A stretch of DNA of 64,000 nucleotides from the human T2T-CHM13v2.0 reference genome, Homo sapiens (GCF_009914755.1 NC_060941.1), one strand, 5' to 3'. Shown: positions 47,451 through 63,625, counted from the first letter of the stretch. A program made the numbers and translations. The notes: a model not told the origin generated them from the sequence alone.

Positions 47451-48387
47451 TTATTCTCTTTTCTGTATTTAGAAAGGCAAAAAAGACAGGAACTAAGTGT
47501 ACGTGCTAAAGTAGAAAAGAACACTTAAACTAGATTACAGTGGGGGGTGAGTAGTAACTGAAAGCTTTGAGTTTAGTAATAAATCTAGTATGAATGCCCT
47601 CTCATCTCACCTATCTATTGAGTTGTAGAACATTTCCTTCATTACTGTCTCAGTGATAGGCTTTATGCTGTGAAATTCTCAAAACCTAAAGCTTATGAAA
47701 TGGTCTCAATGTCCAAAGAGCACTAAAAACTCATTATTTGCAAAATGATACCAAGTAAATGTTTCATAATCTTAGTTGTACCTTTATAATATTTGAGTGG
47801 CTATGTGAAATGGTCACAGGTTAGAAACAGACCATAGTTCAAAAGTTAAATAATATCTCACAGGTAATCATTTCAGTCACAGAAAGTGGAACCAGGATTG
47901 AAGAGGGTGTTGAACAGGCTAAGAGGGCATTGAACAGGCTACTGAAGTGGGAGTAGTATACCTGGAGTCATTACTAAGCAGAGTTCTCAGATTTGATCAA
48001 GGTTAATTCAATGAGGAATGGAATATAGAGAAGAATAGGCAGCAAGATTAGTAGGAAGCAGTCAGATCAAGTAGCCAATCAGGAATTGAAATGGTCCTTG
48101 AAAAGGGAAAGATGACTGAATTGAGGCATACAATGAGATATCATTCTGTGGCTCTGGGAAAGTAAAATTGGTTGGCATGTTAATATGGAATAGGGTTTCT
48201 ACAATACCGCTTAAAGAATGTTCCCATCCTCTCAGAACTGAAGGGAGTTTCAAACAGGCAGTTTGTGAGCCATGGTGAGTATGATGATGATGATGTGATG
48301 ATGATGATACAGTCTCCTTTATGTAACAGCTGGCAGAAGACCTGGTCACACCCACACATTTTAAATTCACATAAAACTAAATATATA

Positions 48388-49705
<1,318 letters not shown>

Positions 49706-49982
49706 TTTCTTAAAAAGGGACAGCATAAAATGACATGAGGTTTAGCATCAGTAGGTTTTAGTTCAATCTCGAGTTTCCATAATTCTTGTCAGGAACCTTA
49801 AACAAGTCGCTCAACCACCTTGAGTTTGAGTTTCTTCATGTAAAAAACCCAGAGAACTGGAAGATTAGTGTGGCAATGCATCTGAAAATATTCTGTAAAC
49901 CAGCGTGCTGGACAAATGCTAACCTATTATTGAATTCAGCACTTCATTTCAGCGGAGCTAGGAATTCCATATTTGGACCCAC

Positions 49983-50162
49983 CTTGACTGGAGATTTCTG
50001 AAAAAGCTGCTTCCGGTCGCATGCCTTTTGGGCTCTGTGGGCAGCCCTTGCAGAATAAAACTTAATGACGGCATAGAAACCAGGATGGGCCACTGCAGCA
50101 TTTGGGAAGACCCGGACTGAATACAGAAGGCCAAACTGAGAAAATGCTGTGAACAGAGAATG
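49983..50162 (-). CDS. RDM1: RDM1 exon 2 (RRM)
   Basis: CCACAG|CAT... encodes HSLFTAFSQFGLLYSVRVFPNAAVAHPGFYAVIKFYSARAAHRAQKACDRKQLFQKSPVK|GTGGGT; 180 nt. Confidence 0.96.
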
Positions 50163-50538
50163 CTGTGGGGGTGGGACAAGTAAATGCATGAAATCTCACG
50201 CCCAGAAAACAAAACCGCACATGCCCTCATATTCCCCAAACCTCTCTTCGCGAAGGATGCGATTCAAAACACTTCCCACTTAATCAACAGGTTTTCCTCT
50301 TAAAATCCTAAACTTTAAGAAGCACTGGAAGGTAAAACGTTCTGAAGGTGGAGAGATACCTCTCCGGGACTCTAAAAATCTGTTGGGGGTCGTCAGTTGT
50401 CAGTTGGGATCCCCTTTATAATTAAGAGTCCTTCAGCGGAGGCTCAGGCAGGTGAGGGTCTGAGGCAGGACTCCGGAACTCCCAGTCAGCGGGTGGGCAG
50501 CTTTCTCCATCCCTCCCTCCATCCTGGCCCCGGCTCAC

Positions 50539-50634
50539 ATGCAAAGCCTCGGCCGTGGGTCCGGAGCTCAGCTCCCACACTAGCAAGGTTTTGTCACTCT
50601 CGATGGGAACCGCAAAAGGTACCAACTCCGCCAT
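50539..50634 (-). CDS. RDM1: RDM1 exon 1 (RAD52 motif-containing protein 1)
   Basis: Kozak AGGATGG; encodes MAELVPFAVPIESDKTLLVWELSSGPTAEALH|GTGAGC; 96 nt. Confidence 0.96.
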
Positions 50635-50639
50635 CCTCC

Positions 50640-50760
50640 CTTCACCGCACCTGCGCGGCTAACCCTCGCCCCAGCATTGCGCCTGCGCAAGGCACGCCCG
50701 CGCTTTTTTAAAAAGAGGCGCATGCGAGGGGCGGGGACGGGGCTCGGATCGCTCCCTTGC
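50640..50760 (-). promoter_or_regulatory. RDM1: RDM1 CpG-rich promoter
   Basis: NRF1-type TGCGCCTGCGCA 50678-50689 and GCGCATGCG 50718-50726; GC box GGGGCGGGG 50728-50736; CHR-like TTTAAA 50707-50712. Confidence 0.75.
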
Positions 50761-51318
50761 CCCTCCTACCTAGGGCCAGCCTCTGAGTCTGTTCCCCTCC
50801 TCCAGTCACAGCCACAAGATCCCTGAGTTTAGAGCTTCCGTTCAATGCATGTTTAGGGTAAAGTCCCAAAATAGGCTGACAGGATGGAAGGGTAGGGACG
50901 TGTTTATAGAAGCCAGCTTCATCTTCACTCCTGAAGGAGATTAGGGTACTAAGTATTAGCACTTGTGGGAAATAACCACGAAAGATGCAATCTTTTGACT
51001 TAAGAGGTTTTTTTAAGAGTTTAAAATTGCAAATAAAAGTATAACTCACTAAACCATTAACAGTCTCGCATGAAATCCTTAAAAAGAATTCCCTGATTGT
51101 CCTACGTCATTCTGGTGAATCGTGTATGTGTACTTGTGGGGGTCAGATGATGTGAGAGGTTGGAGGTACGAGTGAGAAGGAGAGATTAATTTTGAAAAAA
51201 GAAAAACAAACAAACAAACAAACAAACCCACAAAGAATAAGTCCAAATAAGGCACCAACATTGGAGCTGATGGTGTCTGAGAAGGGTAGGTGTCATAATC
51301 AGCTACGTGGTGGAGGAG

Positions 51319-52803
51319 TGTAATCAACTGGTGGGTTCATCATACCCACTGCCCAGAAAAGCTGATTTACTGAGACAGTGTTATTGAAATAGGCAAAGAG
51401 TTTCATAAGCACAGAACCAGCTAAATAGAAGACTGGAGTTTTACTATTACTCAACTTAGCCTCCCTGAAAATTTGGAAGCTGGTGTTTTTTAAAGGGTAA
51501 TTTGGCAGTCAGGGGGCCAGGGAATAGGAAATGCTGACTGGTTGGGTCAAGGATGAAATCATAGAGAGTCAGAGCTTGTGTTCTTGTGCTGAGTGAATTC
51601 CTGGTTGGGGGCCGCAAGACCAGATGAGCCAGTTTGCCCATGTGAGTGGTGCCAGCTGGTCCATCAGAATGAAGGGTCTGAAAAATACCTAGAACCCCAA
51701 TATTAGGTTTTACAATAGTAATGTTGAAAGCAGTTAGTTAGCTTGGACACAAAGCAAGGGAAGGGTCCCCGGAGAGATCCCGGCTCACAGGGTCAGTGCC
51801 TTACCCCCACATAACATAAAAAGCAGCCTGGGAAAAAATTCAAGCTACCAGCACCCATAAGAGAACTAGCATAGGGTGTTGTGCCTGGAGACATGCCCAC
51901 GGCTGCACAGATGGAAAAACCTCTGGCCCATTTGGATAAAAGCTTGCACAAAACTTCAGCTCACTCAGACAAAAGAACAAGGCCTGGCATAGAAATGCCT
52001 TTGTCCTTTGTATAGTCAGTGGGCTCCCAGGATGAAGTTGCTTCTACTTTTGTGGGCATGGGCATAGTGGGCTCCGGTGAGTTCCAGTGGGCACTCTACT
52101 TTCCTTTTTGGACCTGTAAGTCCAGCCTCTATGAATCATCACTTCAGCCCCTGATAGGTCTTGGGCCAAGCTAAGCAGCATCTAAGAATCATTTCAGCTC
52201 CTGATTGGTCCTGGGCCAAGGCTCCTTGCCAAGCTGAGTTCTCCAAGACAGCTGTCGGACTAAGCACATTGCTTCCCCTTCCCAGTCCATAAAGACCCCA
52301 GCCTCACAGGGGACACCCGTTCTGGCCCCCACGCTCTGCTGGCAGAGAGCTTTCTTCTTTCGCTTATTAAACTTTTGCTGTAACCCCACCTTTGTGTCCA
52401 CGCTCCTTAATCATCTTGGAGGTAGGACAAAGAACTCCGGGGGTTATATCAGACAACTACAGAGTGTTATATCTTGGTGCATTGCTGAGACTACAACAGT
52501 GTTTTGTATAGGAGCAACTGGAGAGGTTAGGAATCTTGTGGCCTCTGTCTACATAATTTCTGAGCCATAATTTCTAATCTTGTGGCTAATTTGTTAGTTT
52601 TACAGAGGAGATCTGATTCCCAAGCAGGGAGGTGGTTTGTTTCAGGAAGGGACTATTATCTTTGTTTCAAAGTTAAGCAGCAAAAATTCCTCTCATAGTT
52701 AGCTTGGCCTGTGCCCAGGAATGAGCAAGGGCAGCTTGGAGGTTAGAAGCAAAATGGAATCAGTTAGGTCAGATTTGTCATAATTTTTATAAAGGCAGTT
52801 TCA
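51319..52803 (-). mobile_element. LTR8-family solo LTR, split by a nested LTR
   Basis: Both halves are colinear with 8786-9521; the element ends TTTCA. Confidence 0.85.
51725..52498 (+). mobile_element. ERV1-class solo LTR nested in LTR8 (subfamily uncertain)
   Basis: TG...ACA ends, near-TSD ATGT/GTGT, TATA-like CATAAA and ATTAAA signal. Confidence 0.75.
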
Positions 52804-53148
52804 GTAACACAAGAAGTAAAGTGAGTCCTACTACTGTTTATTTTAATCCTAGAATGTCAGAGCCAGAAGAGACCCTACAGGACAAGTCTCTTGTGATTTC
52901 TGAATAATGATCCTCAGACTCATGCTGTGATAAAGTTTTCACCCCTACTCTACAAAATGAGGACCATATGGAAAATATAATCAGGTTTTTTATAATTTCA
53001 TAAAATAAAGTAGATTCCACTCCATTCTTCTACAAGTATGACCTCCCTATAATGTTGATACTAAAAATTTTTCTATGAAAAGATGCTAATAGAGGATAGT
53101 TGCTTTAATGCTCTTACTTGGACATTAAAATTAAAAATTAGAAACCTC

Positions 53149-53755
<607 letters not shown>

Positions 53756-54469
53756 ATCTCAGGTTTAATTATTTTTTACATTTTATCACCTGTGAAATAC
53801 AAAAGTCTGGCAACTACTGAATAGTCAAATCCCTCCTTCTATAGTAGAAACAGCTAAGGCTCAGTGGTAGAGAAATAAGTGGTCCAAGATAAAACCCCAG
53901 ATTGGTCAGACACTACTGACGGTGGCTATGTGTAGGACATTCCTTCAACTGTCACTTTTCTGATTTTGCCTTTTCTTTAAGCATGTTCTACTCCACCTCA
54001 GCACCCTCCAGGCAAACCAGATCCTGTCCAGAGCACCTTTTTTTAATCATCTAGATCCTAGCTTATTCTCCCAAAGCACCCCCAAATTATTGGTATCTGC
54101 CACTATTTCTCCATCCCATCACTACTTTCTCCACATCAATACCAGACCCCACCCATTGCCTACTTCTGAGTTTTCTCTTTTACTTCAAAAATTGTTCTTT
54201 GGAGGAATTACTTGGATGCTGATACTGTTTCAAAGCAATAATTATGGATTTTACTATACATTTAATTACCTATTGTAATGTTTGTGGATGTCTCTGCTTC
54301 TCCACCTAGATTATGAACACCTAAACAACAATAGCTGTGTTTTGTCTTCCTTCTACTACCTAGTACACTCCCACTGTCTTAGGTACTCAAATATATGTAG
54401 ACTAATGAATAAATGGACACAGTCTTTGCAGAGCGAGTGCTTTAATATTTCGATAAATATAAAGATTTC

Positions 54470-54475
54470 TTTATT
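54470..54475 (-). terminator. LYZL6: LYZL6 poly(A) signal (a proximal AATAAA is also present at 54556-54561)
   Basis: Two AATAAA hexamers about 140 and 230 nt after the stop codon. Confidence 0.65.
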
Positions 54476-54702
54476 GTGGTCCTCAGTTTACAAATAACAG
54501 ACAGGAACCAGGGGACTGGGTCCAGATGGGAGTAAGGAGGAAGCCAAGAAAACCATTTATTCCTGGGGCTCTGGTCAGTTTTAGTTGTAAATGGGAAGGG
54601 AAGAAAATAACATGAAGTGGAGGCAGTAGGAAGAAGAAATGAAGAATCCCTGAGTGAGGACAGGAGTCTTGGAATGACTCCACGGTGCACCCGCACCCTG
54701 TT

Positions 54703-54772
54703 TCATCTCAGGCGGCATCCTGTCAGCCAGTAGAAGAGTGGCCGGCCTGAACAGTGCAACCTCCATTCTACC
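54703..54772 (-). CDS. LYZL6: LYZL6 last coding exon
   Basis: CCGCAG|G GTA... encodes (W)VEWRLHCSGRPLFYWLTGCRLR then TGA; 70 nt. The coding exons sum to 447 nt (148 aa plus stop). Confidence 0.95.
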
Positions 54773-55248
54773 CTGCGGAGAAAAAAGACATGGTTCTTGC
54801 CTCACACTCAGTAACTCTTCCACACACATGACCCAGTTCTTGGTGAGTCTCGCATATGGAGCAACGCCCAGAATCCCCGTCATTGCTAGCTAGCCCTCTG
54901 GTCTGTCCTCCACTGTCCCCTCTGACGAATCCTGTAAAACTCTCTCATCTCTGGTGTTTGCCTGCTTCCCTGGATCAACGTTTCCACATTTTAAAATCCT
55001 CATATCTCCCTGAAGGGGTGAGCACTGTTTTACAGGGCTGAGAGTTACTTATTAAAAAAAAAAAAAAAGTCCCAGGTACAACCATTGATTCTCCCTCCAG
55101 AAAGGATCAGCATAATCATCGCTGTCAATTCTTTTCTGTGGTGTTTTGAGTATGCAGGGGATTTGACTCCTTCCACAGTTGCCTGTAGAGGCAGCCATTT
55201 GTGTTACTTATATATCTAGTTTGAAGCTCAGAAAAGGTGACTATCTGA

Positions 55249-56079
<831 letters not shown>

Positions 56080-56661
56080 TAATTGTATTGCTTAACTCCT
56101 CCCATCCCTACAGTTGATTGGACCAAGGGGGCACACATGGTCCAAGTGGAACCAATCAGATTCTCTATCCCAGGAACTTGGACTGGGACTGAGCCTAGCC
56201 AGTCCCTATGGTTGCTTAGGACTTTAGCTTATTAACTTTGCAGCACCCTTTGTCCTTTAGACTGTGGAGCAGAGAAAGTCTGCGGAGAGAGAAGTGAAGC
56301 AAATGCACCAAGAGAAGCTGAAACCTGCCATGGACAGTGTGCTGACAATTTCCAGCCCTGGTTCCATGCTCTTCCTGAGGCCCAGCTGCAGCCCTTGAGT
56401 GGGCTCAGTGAGACATCTGGGCCTCTCAGAATAAATTTCCCCCAGCTAGCTCAAGTTGTTTTCTGTTACTGCAACCAGAAGAGTTTTGTTTAATACAATA
56501 TCATAGAAGAACCAGATCTCAGAGTTCCAAGCCCGTCCGCTATCCCACATCTTTCTAGACACTGCAAGGGCGTGCCCGTGAGTCCTTGCCTACTGCCCTT
56601 TTCTCTGTCACGTCCTCCTTCGTGGGGCTCTGCCCGCTGAGTCCCACCGTGTCCTCCTCAC

Positions 56662-56740
56662 CAGTTGTTCATCCCCCGTGCTCCGGACACAATCCTTTTT
56701 GCGCAGTGGATGCCTGCAAGAAGGTTGGGATTCAGCAGAT
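56662..56740 (-). CDS. LYZL6: LYZL6 coding exon 3
   Basis: TTTCAG|AT CTG... encodes (D)LLNPNLLAGIHCAKRIVSGARGMNN TG|GTGAGG; 79 nt. Confidence 0.96.
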
Positions 56741-57664
56741 CTGAAAGGGAGGAAGAGAAAACCTGTGAGGGCACAGAAGACAGCCCCAAAGATGGAGGCA
56801 GACACCAGCCCTCCCTGGACAGCCCTATGCCACCTAGAGGCTTCCAGTTGAGGCAAAGGCTGTCTCCCAGGGGGCCCATTTAGACATCCCTACAATGGCT
56901 GCTAGAGGTTCGAGGTGAAAGGGGGTGTGGGCAGAAGGGGCAAGAGGCCTGAGATTTGGGCCTGTTCACTACTATTCTTCCTAACCAGGGTAGATAGTGG
57001 TTCACTCAAAGTTTGTGGGAGGTTTCCAGGGAGAGGAAATGCCAAAACACCACAGAGGTATGTCCCGCCTAGTGAGCGGGGGTCTTCAGGCGAGGAGCCG
57101 AGGGACATCGGTCAGTGTGCGAAGGCAGAGGTGAGGGGCAGAGTCATGGGCCCTGTCGAGCCTCCTGGATCAGCTCTGAGGTAGGGAGTTTGCACTTGGT
57201 CTTTGGTCAGATCATTAGCTAAAGAGGGTACTCCGGAATGGTTAAGAGCCTGTGAGGCCATTAGTCTGGCATTCAATGCTGGTTCTCTTTTTGAGCCTCA
57301 GTTTGCTGTTTTGTAAAGTAGGGATCATAAATGGTTTCTACTGCATGAAAGTTGGATGAAATAAGCCAAGTATGTAAAGCACTTAGTGTATAATATTCTC
57401 TCAATAAACATTGGCTGCTGCAACTGTTCTACTACTACCAGCTGTATACGGAGCCTTCCTGGATCCTACTCAGGGACTCTATAGAATCTCCTAACTGGAT
57501 GGGCATTAGGGACACTACTCCAGCCCTCTGCTCAGTAAAGGGATTCCCTGATTTTTTGAACCATATTTCTGGGGCCATTCCCAGGCTGTGGGTGGGAAGA
57601 GAAGTTCTGTGAGCAGAGCCTGGTTGCTGCTCTCATCTCTCCCACCCTGGGGCCCTGGCCAGAC

Positions 57665-57823
57665 CTTGACAGTCTACGTGGCAAAGGTTTTCCGAGTAAC
57701 TCTTATAATCGTTGCACCAGTAGTGGCTGTTGATCTGGAAGAGGCCATAGTCAAAGCTTCCGTCTGCATTTTCATTTATCTTTGATATGTTGAACTTGCT
57801 TTCCACAAAAGCCAGGCACAGCC
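57665..57823 (-). CDS. LYZL6: LYZL6 coding exon 2 (catalytic Glu/Asp)
   Basis: CTAAG|GG CTG... encodes (W)LCLAFVESKFNISKINENADGSFDYGLFQINSHYWCNDYKSYSENLCHVDCQ G|GTCTGG; 159 nt. The c-type lysozyme ES and DYGLFQIN motifs are intact. Confidence 0.96.
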
Positions 57824-58138
57824 CTTAGAGTAGGGAGAAGAAGGTCAGGATTTAGAGGGGACCAAGCTGAGTGAGAAGGGAGATGGAGGAGAAAGGGAGG
57901 CAAGGTTTCAGACAAAAGGAACAAGGCCTGGGAGGCAAGATAGGACTAGAGGGCTTGAAATCTCCATTGACTTGCCCTCTTATCCTGTGGTCCATCCACC
58001 CACTCATAAGTACAATTACTCATCTGTCCATCTATTCATGTGTTTTGCACTTACTGAGCACCTACTGTGTGCCAGGAACTGTGCAAAGCCTAGTGAGGGA
58101 CATTTCAGTTGGGTCAAACACAGATGCTGCCTTCAAGG

Positions 58139-58245
58139 GGCCTGTATTACAAGCTTAAAAATATGTACCTAAGCTTGTAATACAGGCCTTGTAATAAGCT
58201 TGTATGTACAAGCTTAAAAATATGTACAAGCTTAAAAATATGTAT
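58139..58245. repeat. 19-bp perfect inverted repeat plus 18-bp tandem repeats
   Basis: GGCCTGTATTACAAGCTTA (58139-58157) and TAAGCTTGTAATACAGGCC (58170-58188), then TGTACAAGCTTAAAAATA x2. Confidence 0.9.
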
Positions 58246-58544
<299 letters not shown>

Positions 58545-59124
58545 CTAAAAAACCCACAAAGCAAGATTAAAGGACAAAAGTGTTGCAAGACAGGTGCACA
58601 CAACTCCTGGGCAAAAGGGAGATATCCCTTCCATGCAGGAGGAGAAAGCCTTTGTACTAGCTGTCCCCTCTGCCTAGAGTGTTCTTCCCCCAGACATTTG
58701 GGTGACCAGGTCCTTCATTTAATTCAGTGCTGCTTAATGTCATCTCCTCAGAGAGGCCTTCCCTGACTTCCCCATCTAAAGAATTCACCATTGCTCCCCC
58801 TGCTTTATTCTTCTTCATAGCATTGGTCACCACCAGGCAGTACGTTATGAGTGTGTTTGTTGCTGCTCTCTTCCCCTAGGATGTGAACATTATAAGGGAA
58901 GGGAATTTGTTTATCTCTACAGCCCCAGTGCCTAAAACAGTTGTTGGTACATAATAAGTGCTCAGACAATAACTTGAGTGAATACAGCGTGTTGGGAAAG
59001 GCTTTTTTGAAGGGGGCTGCTTTTTGAACTTGGCTTTGAAAGATGAACAGGAGAGAAAGAAGCTGGCCATATAGGACATGACTAGCAGAGGAGAAATGGC
59101 TGGGGAGGGGCGGATGGTACTCAC

Positions 59125-59263
59125 AGTCACTCAGGGAGTAACCCTCAAACCCATCCAAGTCCTCCAGCTGCAGCACCTGGGCCAAGTCACAGCGACTGAT
59201 GAGGCTGGCCTGATTTAGGGCAAGAAAGCTGCTGACCAAATAGATGAGTAGCGCCTTTGTCAT
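59125..59263 (-). CDS. LYZL6: LYZL6 (lysozyme-like 6) coding exon 1
   Basis: Encodes MTKALLIYLVSSFLALNQASLISRCDLAQVLQLEDLDGFEGYSLSD T|GTGAGT; 139 nt. Signal peptide plus lysozyme N-terminus; likely acceptor CCCCAG| at 59343/59342. Confidence 0.96.
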
Positions 59264-59549
59264 CCTTGGAGGGGAGGAGGTGCAGCTGAGGGCTGATGGT
59301 TCTTAGGGTCTTGCAGACTTTCTGCTGATCTTCTCTGAGAGCCTGGGGAATCTGGAGAGGGCAGCCAGGTTTCCTTACTCACTCACTGCTCCAACCTGGC
59401 TGTTTCCAATCTCTTTTCTCTTGTTTATTATTTTATAGATTTTTATTTATCATGGAAAATTAAACCTTTAAAAAAGGAAAGAGAATAGTATCATGAACCT
59501 CCATATACCCACTTCTGAGCTTCAACATTCAAAAACCAAGGCCAATCTT

Positions 59550-59720
<171 letters not shown>

Positions 59721-60394
59721 TAGGTCCTCTTATATGGGCACCCAGCTATGGGTAGTATTTGGGTATTGGGATGGGGAGTGAGGTTGGCAAAGGAGATTAC
59801 TGAAGACTATCTTCACCAGCATATGTGTGTGTGTATCTGAGCATGTGCTTTTAGAAAGAGGGCCAGGACACTGGGTGCTAATCTCCCCACAACCCCACTC
59901 CCCCAGACACATGACACATGATTTTTCCCAAGGGCATACCCTGCCTGGTACAATTCTTGGTGGGCTGGCTGTAGACGTAACCTTCACTTTCACATTGTGT
60001 ATGTGTGTGTGCGCGTGTGTGTGTGTTGAATAGCAAGGGCCCTAGATTCACACTGCCTGCTTTCAAATCCTGGGGTGCTATGTGACTTTGGGCAACATAC
60101 TCAACCTTTCTGGGCCTCATTTGTAAAATGAAGATATGCTAATACCTACCTAAAAGGGTTGTTTTGATGATTAAATGAAATAATGCCCAGATCTTGGTTC
60201 ACATTCCACACAAAAGGGAACCAGGACTCTAGGAAATATGGCTGATTCCCAGGCTGGAGCAGGAAAGGGTTATGAGATGTCTGGATTATCTTGCTGTACA
60301 AGAAATTTAAAAAGTGCTCGAAATATGTATTGGGGCATGTCAAATGGACACAAGAGCTAGCTCAAAGGGGCACCGACTGGCCAGATCTGAAACG

Positions 60395-62085
60395 ATGTTT
60401 TTTGGTAACAGCATTATTGAGATATAATTCATGTATCATACAATTAATTCAGTTAAAGTGTACAATTCAGTGGTTTTCAGTATGTTTGCAGAGTTGTACA
60501 ACTACTACCTCACTTGATTTTAGAATATTTTCATCAATCCAAAACAAAACCCTGCACCCATTTAGCAGTCACTGCCCATCCCCCACCTCCCAACCCCTGG
60601 CAACCACTAATCTACTTTCTGTCTCTATGGATTTGCCTCTTCTGGACATTTCATACACACGGAGTTACAGAAAATATGGCATTTTGTATCTGGCTTCTTT
60701 CACTTAGCATAATGTTTTGAAGTTTCATTCAGGTTGGAGCATGTAATGATACTTCATTCCTTTCTATGGTTGAATAATATTTCATTGTATGAATACACCA
60801 TACTTCGTCTATCCATTCATTAGTTGATGGACATTTGGGTTGTTTCTATTTTTGGCTATCATGAATAATCCTACTATGAACATTAACATACTAGTTTTTG
60901 TGTGGATATATGTTTTTATTTCTTTGGAGTAGAGTTGCTGGGTCATGGGGTAACCCTAGGCTTAAGCTTATGAGGCCTACCAGATTTCCAAAGTGGCTGC
61001 ACCATTTTGCATTCCCATCAGCAGTGTATGAAGGTTCCAATTTCTCTACATCCTCACCAACACTTGTTATTATCTGTCTTCTTGACAAAAGGTATCCTAG
61101 TGGGTATGAACTGGTATCACCCTGTTGTTTTAATTTGCGTTTCCCAGATGGCTACGGATGTTGATCATCTTTTTATGTGCTTATTGGCCACTGTATATCT
61201 TTGGGAAAATGTCTATTCAGAACCTTTGGCCAGTTTCAAATTGAGTTGTCTTTTTATTACTGAGTGGGAAGAGTTCTTTATATATTCTGTATACTAGACC
61301 AGCATCAGATATATGGCAGATATTTTTTTCCCATTCTGTGGGTTGCCTTTCACTTTCTTGGTGGTGTTCTTTGAAGCCCCAAAGTTTTTAATTTTGATGA
61401 TGTGCAAGTTATCTATTTGTCCTTTTGTTGGGTGTGCTTTTGGTGTCATATCTAAGAAACCATTGCATAATGGTTTCCAACCCAATCTGGGACAATTAGA
61501 CCATCAGAATAAATGACAGTAACAGATTATACATTAAATGCAATAGGAATCCATGAGCCCATAATAATAATAAATTGACAAAAAGATACATTGTGTGGAG
61601 CTGAAGCAGAGACCTCTTCCTGACAATAAAAGGCCAACCGATAAGTGTGGAGGAAGTCATGGAGTTGAAAAATAATCACCATTTTGCAACTATCATAGAT
61701 TGGTTTGAGAACAAATCATCATTGCATGCTAAATCTGAGGTGGTGGGAAGAATGCTGAAGAACTGGATATATCATGATCTTATAGGGTCTCCCCACAGAT
61801 TGCTTATTAGTTGCACAGAAAGAAAAAACAAAACAGTATACAGTGGATAACCAGACAGTATTTTGACCTTGCAATCAAAATTAACATCTCCAAAGACGGA
61901 CAGAGGGACATTGTGTGCCTCCAGATGTGATTCCCAAGGAGGACACATCGCTTATGCAATATTCCGTCCAGGGATGCATAGGCTATGTCTAATCCTGAGG
62001 AAACATCAAAGCCAAACTCACTGAAAATCTGTAAGATAACTGGCCTGTATTCTTCAAAATGGCCAATGCCATGAAAACTGAAAGA
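60395..62085. mobile_element. Old L1 fragments (L1MB-like antisense ~60395-61470; L1MC/MD-like 3' end ~61470-62085)
   Basis: Typical L1 3' sequence (gcaaccactaatctactttctgtctctatggatttgcct..., cccatcagcagtgtatgaaggttcc); short ORFs resemble the ORF2 C-terminus. Confidence 0.8.
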
Positions 62086-62407
62086 CTGGCCAGGCATGGT
62101 GGCTCATGCCTGTAATCCGAGCACTTTGGGAGGCTGAGGTGAGAGAATTGCTTAGGCCAGGAGTTTGAGACCAACCTGGGAAACAGCAAGACCTCATCTC
62201 TACACTAAAAAGAAATAATACTTCCAATAAATCTGAAAACCTGGGACTATTTCTGTCACTGAGGGAAGGTGTGTTTTTCCCCTTAACTTAGGTATATGCT
62301 GCTGAGGGGGCAGAAGCCTGAGTTCTTCCACCCGCCGCCTTCAAGTGTCAGGCGGCTTCTGCTTGGACAAGATGGCTACCCTGGTGGGCTTGTTTCTTCT
62401 CTGGTCT

Positions 62408-63167
62408 TGTTATAGGAGGCAGAAAGAAACTACTTAGGTAGACAGTTAGGGTAAAGTGAATCCCCAGCAGAAAACTTTCCTTTTAACGCAAAGCAGCTCA
62501 AAGATAGCTCCCTTTCTAACCTCACGCAGTTCAAGGAAATCACTTTTCTTCTAACAACAACCAGCCTGAAAGAGCAAAGGGTAAAAACAGATAAGAGCTC
62601 AGGCACAGAAGGATGGGGGAAGTCTCCTGGGTAATCACCAAACTTCACACTTATACAATGGGCCCCAGTAAAACAGTGGGCCTTAATAACTACATTCCTT
62701 TCTCTTTAGGCGCGCTAAGATAGGGAAGCTAAAAGCAGAATCGATGGGTATGCCTACAGCTGCAAGATGTGTGGGAATAGACACAGAAACTCTCGCTCCC
62801 AGATAAGCAAGACAAAGAGACACAGACTAAAAGTTGATGTGGTCGGGAATGGGGTGAGAGCCTATTAAAAACTCTGCTCTATACAGATAGCACACCTGGT
62901 CCCAACTGAACCATCGGGCTCTAGGAGGATAAGACATCCCCTCCTCATGAATGCCCCTCTCTAGCCCATTTATAAAACCCTGACGTTTTTACTACCACCT
63001 GGCAACCTGCCTGGGACCTCTGTCTGTGACAGAGAGCTGTTCTTTCCTTTTGCCTATTAAACTCCTGCTCCAAACTCACTCTGTGTGCGTGTGTGTCTGC
63101 GACCTCGATCTCCTTAAACGTGAGACCACGAACCTTGGTATTTACTTCAGACAATGAGGCTGCTTCT
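62408..63167 (+). mobile_element. ERV1 solo LTR (LTR9/MER61-like)
   Basis: TG start, TATA (TTTATAAAA), ATTAAA and a 4-bp TSD GTCT. Confidence 0.8.
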
Positions 63168-63473
63168 GTCTCTTGTTCTATCTGAGACTCGTTCCACACC
63201 AGCCTGAGCTTCGGGCCATTCTTTTGCTTCTCCCATCATTCTACCCCCAGAGCTGACAGATTTGGCAAATAAAATTTACAAGATGCCCTGTTAAATTAGA
63301 ATTTCAGACAAACAACCTACTCCACACTGACTCAGGAGGGTCCCTCAGAGATAGATGTCACTGAGCCTCGGGAAGCAGGAAGCTCCATCCCTGCCCATTA
63401 AGCCCCCTCTCAGGGTCCCCTCAAGGAAGACAGTGGCTCCAGAAGGTATGTTCCCACCCCTTCCACAGCTTAC

Positions 63474-63625
63474 CTCTCTCCCATCCCTCTCTGACCCTGG
63501 GTTCCACCTGGCCCAGAGATTTCTGGGAGGATCTGTAGAACAAGGCTGTCTACAGTAGGAGCCTCTTCTTCCTCACCACATACACTTCAGCCCTGCCCAA
63601 CTAACAGCTCTCCATGTTCTAAAGA
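63474..63625 (-). other. LYZL6: Probable non-coding first exon of LYZL6
   Basis: Strong donor GAG|GTAAGC at 63474/63473 in unique sequence just downstream of a perfect CRE. The 5' end is approximate. Confidence 0.55.

Noticed and set aside
58805-59124. 152-aa ORF extending LYZL6 exon 1
   Set aside because: It is read-through into the intron past a canonical GTGAGT donor.
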